A stretch of DNA of 40,697 nucleotides, from positions 1 to 40,697 of the forward strand of contig CAVIBA010000003.1 in the NCBI GenBank assembly GCA_963640785.1. Direction: 5' to 3'. How positions within the stretch are numbered: position 1 is the stretch's first letter; each line of letters opens with the position of its first letter. The notes under the pieces were generated by a model. That model saw nothing but the letters and a program-made list of their open reading frames with translations. It was not told the DNA's origin and ran no database searches. Positions 26,193 to 33,644 of this stretch are shown piece by piece. The stretch comes from Bulleidia sp. (GTDB lineage: Bacteria; Bacillota; Clostridia; Oscillospirales; CAG-272). The translations under genes and the position numbers were made by a program.

Positions 26193-26224
26193 AGCCCCCG
26201 GCCAATTTTTGGCCGGGGGCTTTG
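26193..26224 (+). terminator. SASP terminator
   Basis: AGCCCCCGGCC-AATTTTT-GGCCGGGGGCT followed by TT. Confidence 0.75.
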
Positions 26225-26405
26225 GAGGTTGTTGCAGGACTGCTCCCGTTAGGTTCGGGGGGTGCTGTTTTTATAGACCGATTTTTTGCGAAAATCAGAA
26301 ATCAATTGTGATCTATCACACTTTTAATACTGCCGTCCGGAGCGTAATGTGTGGTTCTTATTAAAACCGGGTCATCAGACTCTCCGGAATACTCAAATAG
26401 TGTTG

Positions 26406-27173
26406 TCAAAGTTTCATCGCCGTCATAATATCTTCTGGCACCTTCGTAGCCGGATTTATTTTGTTTTGATTCTCATCATACTCTGTTACTGACAGTAAGT
26501 TTCCGCCAAAAGAATAACCCTCACGCTTTTTTTGCTTCCAATCGTCGGTGTAATAGTAAATTTCGTCGTTTTGATTTCCATCAATATAGTGAGTGACTAT
26601 TACCTTATGTGCATCTTCATCGTAATAGTAATCAGACTCATGATAAATGTCGCCATTCTCGTGGCAGGTGGAGTTTTTTATCAATCTCCCCTTAGCGTCG
26701 TAGGTGAAGACCGTTTTATATGCCCGAAGATTTGTTGAATCTGCCCCATCGGATTGTTTTGTTTCGCTTTCAAACCTTGTTTCTACGAGCTGTCCCTTTT
26801 TGTTATAGGTGTATATTTCGGTTTTAACACTTTGGTCGTTTGTTCGGCGGAGCTTTATAAAACGGCCGTTTTTGTCGTATTCATATTCGCTGCATGAAAG
26901 CTGCTCACCCTCAGGCGAGACGCTGACCTGCTTTACAAGATAACCCTCAGCGTTGTATTCGGAAGTTACTTTCACGCCATCCGCAGCCTTTTCTTCATAA
27001 CCTCCCGCGGCCTTTTTCTCGGGAGGTTTGACAGGGAATAGCATTTCAGCCGCAGCATATACCCCGCTTTTTTCAGAAATTCCGTCTTGTTTGCCGCTGC
27101 TCTGGCAGGCGGTCGTAAAAATAGTCGTCATAATGGCGATAGCTGCAAGTGTGGCACACAAAAGTCTTTTCAT
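26406..27173 (-). CDS. probable lipoprotein with YD (RHS-type) repeats
   Basis: MKRLLCATLAAIAIMTTIFTTAC signal/lipobox-like N-terminus after AAGGAG. Repeats YEYDKNGRFIKL, YTYNKKGQLVET and FTYDAKGRLIKN. The gene is visibly AT-rich. Confidence 0.7.
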   Translation of the reverse strand: MKRLLCATLAAIAIMTTIFTTACQSSGKQDGISEKSGVYAAAEMLFPVKPPEKKAAGGYEEKAADGVKVTSEYNAEGYLVKQVSVSPEGEQLSCSEYEYDKNGRFIKLRRTNDQSVKTEIYTYNKKGQLVETRFESETKQSDGADSTNLRAYKTVFTYDAKGRLIKNSTCHENGDIYHESDYYYDEDAHKVIVTHYIDGNQNDEIYYYTDDWKQKKREGYSFGGNLLSVTEYDENQNKINPATKVPEDIMTAMKL

Positions 27174-27321
27174 AATGTTCTCCTTGAAATGTATTTGCTC
27201 GAACAACTTAATTTTATCACATTTTGCATCATATGTCAACGGTTCGGGGCGAATTATAGAAATCCGGATAAAAAGCGTTTAGCCTGAGAATCCAAGTTTC
27301 AAAATAATTCTCCTCCCCCTC

Positions 27322-27376
27322 ATGACAACCGCCCCAAACCGTGCTATAATCTCGCTAACGAATAATAGTTAGCGAG
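27322..27376 (+). promoter_or_regulatory. promoter plus TetR-type operator
   Basis: ATGACA (27322-27327), 17-nt spacer, TGcTATAAT (-10 at 27345-27350), then CTCGCTAAC-N8-GTTAGCGAG (27351-27376). Confidence 0.6.
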
Positions 27377-27382
27377 GCTCGT

Positions 27383-27694
27383 ATGAAACAGGAAGATACA
27401 AAACAGCGAATACTCGACAAGGCGCTGGAGCTGTTTGCGGAGCGCGGGTATGAGGCGGTCAGCAACCTGAGCGCGGCGAACGCGCCGTCGCTGTCGCTGT
27501 GGAATCAGCTCAGCGTTTTACAACGTCTTGGAGGTGGCTTGCGACATGATGGTGTGCGTCGGGGTGCAGGGCAGAAAAACAAGGCTGCTTCGCGTCGGGA
27601 GCTGCCTTTTTGCAGCCATGGAGCTCGTGCCGGCGGTGGGCTGCCGCATGTTCCCGCTCAGCGACAGCGGCTACGCGGGGATGTTACAGGATAA
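27383..27694 (+). pseudogene. TetR/AcrR regulator remnant (only about 27 N-terminal residues recognisable)
   Basis: MKQEDTKQRILDKALELFAERGYEAVS is a typical TetR start. The remainder (NLSAANAPSLSLWNQL...) lacks the HTH continuation. An overlapping frame (27528..27974) carries a hydrophobic fragment of a different protein. Confidence 0.5.
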
Positions 27695-27875
27695 GATGCA
27701 CATTCTCTCCACGATTCTTGTCGTGCAGCTCTCGATTGCGTCGCTGACTGTCATTATCGTCGCCGGGGCACGGGACAGAGGCTGCCGGTTGTACAGCGTC
27801 TGCGCGGGCGTGGCGCTCGGAATGATGTTGGTCGGCGCGCCCACGGGTCAAAAAACGCAATATTTTTGCTTTTTT

Positions 27876-27935
27876 CACGGCGTGAGTATTGACAATACTC
27901 ACGCCGTGTGCTATAATTACTCTAATATTAGAGTA
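27876..27935 (+). promoter_or_regulatory. consensus promoter embedded in a 33-bp palindrome, followed by an 18-bp palindromic operator
   Basis: CACGGCGTGAGTATTG-A-CAATACTCACGCCGTG (27876-27908). TTGACA (27889-27894), 17-nt spacer, TGcTATAAT (-10 at 27912-27917). TACTCTAATATTAGAGTA (27918-27935). Confidence 0.75.
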
Positions 27936-27991
27936 ATTCTTTCCGCAGCTGCGGTCGGGGCGGAATCATTCTGATCTATCCGGAGGACGGT

Positions 27992-28441
27992 ATGGATGCA
28001 CTGGAATTTATGACGGCCGGGCGCAAGACCATTGGCGTGTACACGGCGCTGTGCGCTCCCGTATGCAAAAAGTACGGCATCAACAATACCTGCCTCGATG
28101 TGCTGATGTTTCTTCATAACTACCCCGGATACAACACCGCGCGCGACCTATGCCAGGTGCGCGGCATCAAAACCGGTATGGCATCGGTGGCGGTCGACAC
28201 GCTTGTGCGGCGCGGCCTGCTTATCGCTGAGGACGACGCCGACGACAGGCGCGTCCGTCGGTTGAGCGTCGCTCCCGCGGCGGCGGACGTCATACGTGAC
28301 GGCACGGAGGTGCAGAGACAGTTTGTGGAGTCGGTTGGCCGCGGCATCGGTGAGGACGACAGGGAAGCGTTCCGCCGGGTGATCGAGTGCGTGCTCGGAA
28401 ATCTCAACGAGCTGGAAGTCAATATTGGAAACGGTAATTAA
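27992..28441 (+). CDS. MarR-family transcriptional regulator
   Basis: Winged helix: YNTARDLCQVRGIKTGMASVAVDTLVRRGLLIAEDDADDRRVRRLSV. GGAGG RBS. Confidence 0.85.
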   Translation: MDALEFMTAGRKTIGVYTALCAPVCKKYGINNTCLDVLMFLHNYPGYNTARDLCQVRGIKTGMASVAVDTLVRRGLLIAEDDADDRRVRRLSVAPAAADVIRDGTEVQRQFVESVGRGIGEDDREAFRRVIECVLGNLNELEVNIGNGN

Positions 28442-29201
28442 AATAATCGTCTGCTTTATCGCGGGCGTTGGAGCCGGGCTCGGAACCGGATTCGCGGGCA
28501 TGAGCGCCGCGGCGGTCATCAGTCCGATGCTCATAACCTTCCTTGGAATGGACCCCTATCTCGCCGTCGGCATCGCGCTGGCGAGCGACGTGCTTGCAAG
28601 CGCCGTCTCGGCCTACACCTACGGCAAAAACAAAAATCTCGATATACGCAACGGCTTTGTAATGATGGCGGCGGTGCTGATGTTCACCTTTGTCGGCAGC
28701 TACGTCGCCGACCTTGTTCCAAAGACCACCATGGGCAGCTTTTCGACGATTATGACGCTGCTGCTCGGCATCAAGTTCATAGTCCGCCCGGTGGTGGCGC
28801 CTGCGGCGCGGCTGACCGGGGCCACGACGCGGCGGAAGATTGTGCGGTCGGTTCTGTGCGGCAGTGCAGTCGGCTTTATCTGCGGATTTGTCGGTGCGGG
28901 CGGCGGCATGATGATGCTCCTGCTGCTCACCGCCGTGCTTGGATACGAGCTCAAGACCGCAGTCGGAACGAGCGTGTTCATAATGACCTTCACGGCGCTG
29001 ACCGGGGCGGTCAGTCACTTTGCTATCGGCGGAGCGCCGGACGTGCTGGCACTGGTTGTCTGCGTGGCGAGCACGCTGCTTTGGGCGCTCATCGCCGCGC
29101 GTATTGCCAACCGCGCAAAGCCCGAAGTGCTTAACCGCGTCACGGGCGTGATTCTGGTGGTGCTCGGCGCTGCGATACTGGTTGTGAATTATCTGTTCTG
29201 A
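28425..29201 (+). CDS. TauE/SafE-family (DUF81) anion exporter
   Basis: Two-fold repeat of GxGxGxGFxG-type helices (IAGVGAGLGTGFAGMSAAAV and ICGFVGAGGGMMMLLLL). TTG start overlaps the marR end by 17 nt. Confidence 0.8.
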   Translation: METVIKIIVCFIAGVGAGLGTGFAGMSAAAVISPMLITFLGMDPYLAVGIALASDVLASAVSAYTYGKNKNLDIRNGFVMMAAVLMFTFVGSYVADLVPKTTMGSFSTIMTLLLGIKFIVRPVVAPAARLTGATTRRKIVRSVLCGSAVGFICGFVGAGGGMMMLLLLTAVLGYELKTAVGTSVFIMTFTALTGAVSHFAIGGAPDVLALVVCVASTLLWALIAARIANRAKPEVLNRVTGVILVVLGAAILVVNYLF

Positions 29202-29252
29202 TATTTTCCGCGTTTGCGGTAAACGTATATCTTAATTAAGGAGACTTTTTTC

Positions 29253-29714
29253 ATGAGTTCATCGTTCAAAAAGTGGGGCAACGCCGCTATCACCGCTATT
29301 CTTTACATACTTGTCGGCGTGTTGTTCATCATTTTCCGTTCGGGCATGCTCAATTGGCTGATGACGGTCGTCGGCGTGGTGTTTATCGTTGCCGGTGTCG
29401 TGTCCATCTGCAATAAGGCGCTGCTGCCGGGCATTGTTTACATCGCTATCGGCGCAATAGTGCTTATGGGCGGTTGGATGTTCGTTGAGATTGTTCTGCT
29501 GGTGTTCGGCATTATGCTGATCGCGCGCGGCGTGCTGAATCTCGTCGCGTCCTTCAAGGTGAGCAGCGCTGTGATGCTCCTCACCTCCGTTCTGACCATT
29601 GTTGCCGGTGTTATGCTGGTGGTCAGCAAGTGGGCTATGATCGACTGGCTGTTCATCGTCCTCGGCGTGCTGTTCATCGCGGACGGCATCCTCGCACTCG
29701 GCGGAAGGAAATAA
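29253..29714 (+). CDS. DUF308/HdeD-like small membrane protein
   Basis: Repeated helix pairs of about 25 aa (ILYILVGVLFIIF ..., VVGVVFIVAGVVSI ...). AAGGAG RBS. Confidence 0.6.
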   Translation: MSSSFKKWGNAAITAILYILVGVLFIIFRSGMLNWLMTVVGVVFIVAGVVSICNKALLPGIVYIAIGAIVLMGGWMFVEIVLLVFGIMLIARGVLNLVASFKVSSAVMLLTSVLTIVAGVMLVVSKWAMIDWLFIVLGVLFIADGILALGGRK

Positions 29715-29728
29715 GGACCCGGCGCCAT

Positions 29729-29769
29729 ACGCCCGTCCCGGCGATGGCCGGGGCGGGCGTTGCGTTTTT
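29729..29769 (+). terminator. terminator after DUF308-like gene
   Basis: ACGCCCGTCCCGGC-GATG-GCCGGGGCGGGCGT followed by TGCGTTTTT. Confidence 0.8.
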
Positions 29770-29778
29770 GGGTCACAG

Positions 29779-29811
29779 AAAAAGAAAAAATTTTCCTGCG
29801 TCATGCAGGAA
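29779..29811 (-). terminator. ackA terminator
   Basis: On the minus strand: TTCCTGC-ATGAC-GCAGGAA followed by AATTTTTTCTTTTT. Confidence 0.65.
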
Positions 29812-29834
29812 GGCTTGAAATGTGATGCCGGATG

Positions 29835-31094
29835 TTACTTGCCGAGCTTCGAGACGATGTCTGCGGTATCTCTTGCAATCACCAGCTCTTCGTTGGTGGG
29901 GATGAGGTAGACCTGAACCTTGGAGCGCTCGGTCGACAGCTTGACGATGTTGGATTGGCGGAGCATCTTTGCGTTGAGCTCCTTGTCGATCTCGATGCCG
30001 AAATACTCCATGTCGCTGCACACGACCTCGCGCAGGCGGGGGTTGTTCTCGCCGAGGCCAGCCGTGAAGACGATGGCGTCAAGGCCGTCCATCGCGGCGG
30101 TGTAGGAGCCGATGTACTTCTTGATCTGGTAGAACAGAACGGAGGAACAGAGGTTGGCTCTCTCATAGGAGGGCAGCGGATGGTTGGGGTCGGGCTTAGC
30201 GTCGGGACCGGCGGCCACGGCGTCCTCGATGTCGCGCGAGTCGGAGAAGCCGGTGATGCCGTAGAATCCGCACTGCGTGTTCATGAACTCGCTCATCTGG
30301 TCGGGCGTGAAGCCCTTCTTGTTCATTATGTAGGTGACGATTGCAGGGTCGATGGAGCCGCAGCGCGTGCCCATCTCGACGCCGTCAAGAGGCGTGAAGC
30401 CCATGGAGGTGTCGATGACCTTGCCGTCGCGAACGGCGGAAATGGACGAGCCGTTGCCGAGGTGGCAGGTGATGATCTTGGTGTCCTCGGTCTTGCCCTC
30501 CTTGGCGAGAATTTCGCGCATGACGCCCGAAACGTAGCGGTGGCTGGTTCCGTGCGCGCCGTAGCGGCGGATTTTGTACTCCTTGTACATGTCGTAGGGA
30601 ATGGAGTAGTAGTAGGCCTTCTCGGGCATTGTCTGATGGAAGGCGGTGTCGAAGACGAGAACCTGCGGCACGTTCGGCATGACCTCGGTGCAGCCGCGGA
30701 TGCCCATCAGGTGCGCCTTGGTGTGGAGCGGCGCGAACTCGTAGCACATAGCGAGCTTGGCGATGACATCCTCGGTCACGAGCACGCTCTCAAAGAAGTA
30801 GGGGCCGCCGTGGACGACGCGATGGCCGACGGCCTCGATTTCGTCCATGGATTTGATGCAGCCGATCTCGGGATCGGTCAGCGCCTCGACGACGATGCGC
30901 ATTGCCTCAGAGTGGTTCGCCATGGGCATTTCCTTTTTGTGACGGATGCCCTTTATGAGCTGGCGATGGTCGATACAGGAGCCTGCTGCGCCGATGCGCT
31001 CGCAGATGCCCTTGGCGTAGACGGCTTCGGTGTTGGTGTCGAAAAGCTGATACTTAAGCGAACTGCTTCCGGCGTTGACAACAAGTACGTTCAT
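29835..31094 (-). CDS. ackA: acetate kinase
   Basis: MNVLVVNAGSSSLKYQLFD N-terminus, HRVVHGG, RRYGAHGTSH and ITCHLGNGSS motifs. Confidence 0.95.
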   Translation of the reverse strand: MNVLVVNAGSSSLKYQLFDTNTEAVYAKGICERIGAAGSCIDHRQLIKGIRHKKEMPMANHSEAMRIVVEALTDPEIGCIKSMDEIEAVGHRVVHGGPYFFESVLVTEDVIAKLAMCYEFAPLHTKAHLMGIRGCTEVMPNVPQVLVFDTAFHQTMPEKAYYYSIPYDMYKEYKIRRYGAHGTSHRYVSGVMREILAKEGKTEDTKIITCHLGNGSSISAVRDGKVIDTSMGFTPLDGVEMGTRCGSIDPAIVTYIMNKKGFTPDQMSEFMNTQCGFYGITGFSDSRDIEDAVAAGPDAKPDPNHPLPSYERANLCSSVLFYQIKKYIGSYTAAMDGLDAIVFTAGLGENNPRLREVVCSDMEYFGIEIDKELNAKMLRQSNIVKLSTERSKVQVYLIPTNEELVIARDTADIVSKLGK

Positions 31095-31135
31095 AAAGAA
31101 GAATATAACCTCCGGTTAATTTATATACTGCTTCT

Positions 31136-31164
31136 ATTCTATCATATTGTATCGGATTTTACAA
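31136..31164 (-). promoter_or_regulatory. ackA promoter
   Basis: On the minus strand: TTGTAA (31164-31159), 17-nt spacer, TGaTAGAAT (-10 at 31141-31136). Confidence 0.55.
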
Positions 31165-31224
31165 TAGTTTATTTCACATTTTCGGTCAAATCGGCACATT
31201 TTTTGACCGCTTAAGGGAGAATTA

Positions 31225-32406
31225 ATGAAGGTTTGCGGAATTATATGCGAGTTTAACCCATTTCACAACGGCCACGCGCACCTCATCCGGACGCTTAGGG
31301 AGGCGGGGGCGGAGGTCGTCGTGTGTCTGATGAGCGGCAGCTTTGTCCAGCGCGGCGAGCCGGCTGTGGCGGACAAATTTACCCGCGCGCGCTGTGCGCT
31401 CGAGGGCGGTGCGGACGTTGTGCTTGAGCTGCCGTTCCCATATTGCCTGGCGAGCGCCGAATTTTTCGCCCGCGCGGGCGTCGATATACTGACCCGCGTT
31501 GGTGTCGACACGCTGGGCTTTGGGTGCGAGTCCTTCGACGCCGCCACGCTCAGGGAGACCGCCCGCGTGCTGCTCACGGCCGAATTTGAGGAGCGTTACA
31601 GGCAGCTGTGCCGCGCGGGAAAGGGAAGTGCGGCGGCCTATTTCGAGGCCTACCGCGCCCTCACCGGCGCGCCGCTCTCCGACAGTCCGAACGACATACT
31701 GGCGGTGAATTACGTCAAAGAGCTGCGGCGGCTCGGGCGTCAGGCGGACATTTTCCCGGTGCGCCGCAAGGGCGACGGGTACAACGAGGCGAGCGTCGGT
31801 GCGAGCGGATACCCATCGGCACGCGCGCTGCGCGCGCTCATGCGCGACGGTGGAGTCGACGCGCTGCGGGGTTACGTTCCGGACGTTACGCTGGAGGCGC
31901 TCGAGGAAGCGCGGAGCCGCGGGCTGTGCATGTCACAAATCGAAAACATCAGGCACGACATTCTAGCATATTTGCGTGTGAGTGACGCCACTTCGGCCGG
32001 ACTTCCGGACACCGACAGCAGTCTGTCCGATCGGATATTTGCCGTGGCGCGCGAGGCGTGCGGTTACGATGAGCTCATACGCCGCGCGTCGGCATCGAAC
32101 TACACTGACGCGCGTGTGCGCAGGACGGTGCTCGGTCTCATGCTCGGTTTGACAGTCGACGACTGGCGTCGCGAAGCTGCATACGTTCAGTTGCTCGCGG
32201 CGAACAGCTGCGGGCGCGCCTATCTTGCGTCGCGTCGACGCGCTGGCGGTCTGCCGGTAATAACAAAGCCCGCTGACGCGGCGGGCGTGTGCGGCGGCGA
32301 GCGTCAGTGGGCGCTCGCGCAGAGAAGCGAGGCACTCTGGTGCATGACACTGCCCGCCCCCCTCCCCGCCGCCACGCTGACAAAGATGCATCCGTGGTTT
32401 GATTGA
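31225..32406 (+). CDS. tmcAL: tRNA(Met) cytidine acetate ligase (TmcAL / YlbM, UPF0348 nucleotidyltransferase)
   Basis: MKVCGIICEFNPFHNGHAHLIRTLRE (HxGH nucleotidyltransferase motif) and a length of about 390 aa. Confidence 0.75.
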   Translation: MKVCGIICEFNPFHNGHAHLIRTLREAGAEVVVCLMSGSFVQRGEPAVADKFTRARCALEGGADVVLELPFPYCLASAEFFARAGVDILTRVGVDTLGFGCESFDAATLRETARVLLTAEFEERYRQLCRAGKGSAAAYFEAYRALTGAPLSDSPNDILAVNYVKELRRLGRQADIFPVRRKGDGYNEASVGASGYPSARALRALMRDGGVDALRGYVPDVTLEALEEARSRGLCMSQIENIRHDILAYLRVSDATSAGLPDTDSSLSDRIFAVAREACGYDELIRRASASNYTDARVRRTVLGLMLGLTVDDWRREAAYVQLLAANSCGRAYLASRRRAGGLPVITKPADAAGVCGGERQWALAQRSEALWCMTLPAPLPAATLTKMHPWFD

Positions 32407-32440
32407 ACCTGGGTGAGCGGAGGGCTGAGGCAAGCGGGGA

Positions 32441-32768
32441 CCGATTGCTCTCGGGGCGCTGCCCCGAACCCCGCTTAGGGAGCTTTTTGAAAAAAGCTCC
32501 CTAAGAACCCGCAAAAACTTTCACAAAAAGGGCGGGTTAAAGTCTGTGAGACGCAGAGGCGGATGGTTTTAAGCGTTTAAGTGCATGCGGTGCGACATCA
32601 CACGATGGTTCAGCACCGCCTGTGCTTGAACGCTTAAAGCCATACGTCCTGTTTGTCCGCAGACCTTAACCCGTCCTTTTTTCAAAGTTTTCGCCCGCCT
32701 TTTTCAAAAGGCGGCATGGATCCAACGCCGTGTGGCGTTGGTCGCGCTCCGCAGAGCGCGAAACTCCC
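32441..32768 (+). repeat. modular multi-hairpin interspersed element, full-length copy (locus 2)
   Basis: Hairpins X (32452-32466) and Y (32474-32505). Inverted repeat 32534-32548 / 32658-32672 around a 109-bp core. Hairpins Z, V (32722-32741) and W (32742-32761). Confidence 0.85.
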
Positions 32769-32793
32769 TTTGCATTGGTTGCGATTGCCGCCG

Positions 32794-33624
32794 TTAAATT
32801 TTCCCCGCGGCGAGGTCGCTCATGTTTTGCGAGAGCTGCTCGGGGGAGATGACGTCCCGCTCCTTGGGCTGGCAGGGCACCTCGTACATCAGCGGGCCGG
32901 AGTAGTGGCAGCGCTCGAGCTCGGCCAGTATGCCTGCCCAGTTGTTCAGACCGTCGCCAGGCAGACGGTGCCGTTCGTCAACAAAATCGTAATCGGATAT
33001 GTGCAGAGTGAGAATTTCAAGACCGGCGTCGATGAGCGAATGCAGGAATGAAACGTTCTCGTCAATCAGCGAGTGGTTGGTGTCGAATACAACGCCCGCG
33101 CCGGTGCCGCTCACAAGCTCAATCATCTCGGCCGCACGGTTGCATAAACAGGTCCGCGGCAGATTCTCAACCGCTAACCTCATCCCCGCCGCGTCGCAGA
33201 CCTTGCGCAGCTCGATTATCGCCTCGCGACTGCGGCGCAGACGCTCGGGCCGCACCTCGTCGTCAATAGGCTCGCTGCTCGGATGCAGTACGGCTACCTT
33301 GACGCCGGCCTTGCCTGCCGCCTCAATGAGAGTCCGGTTGGTGTAGAGTGTGATGGCGCGGAATTCGTCCTTCATGCTCGAAATGTCGAGCGAGCGCGAG
33401 AAGGGAAGATGTATCGACCATAGCTCGATACCTTCGTCACGCGCCATGTCGGAGTACTTCTGCCAGTTGCGCGGAAAATCCAGCTTGTTCATGTAGTAGT
33501 CGAAGTTGAACGACAGTTCCGCCGCGTCGATGCCGACGGACTTCAGCGTGTGCAGCGCCTCAGCGTCCAGCTTGCGGCAAAAACAAAGCGAGGAACCCTT
33601 CTTAAGACCTTGTGCGTACGTCAT
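32794..33624 (-). CDS. xylose isomerase-like TIM-barrel protein (sugar phosphate isomerase/epimerase family)
   Basis: IELWSIHLPF, VAVLHPS, RLAVENLP and VVFDTNH blocks fit the AP_endonuc_2 / TIM-barrel family. GGAGG RBS. Confidence 0.75.
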   Translation of the reverse strand: MTYAQGLKKGSSLCFCRKLDAEALHTLKSVGIDAAELSFNFDYYMNKLDFPRNWQKYSDMARDEGIELWSIHLPFSRSLDISSMKDEFRAITLYTNRTLIEAAGKAGVKVAVLHPSSEPIDDEVRPERLRRSREAIIELRKVCDAAGMRLAVENLPRTCLCNRAAEMIELVSGTGAGVVFDTNHSLIDENVSFLHSLIDAGLEILTLHISDYDFVDERHRLPGDGLNNWAGILAELERCHYSGPLMYEVPCQPKERDVISPEQLSQNMSDLAAGKI

Positions 33625-33644
33625 AATGACCTCCTGAAAGTTTT

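Noticed and set aside
29832-31214. 460-aa plus-strand ORF
   Set aside because: It is antisense to ackA, whose product is unmistakable. The shadow runs through the ackA promoter region without its own start signals.
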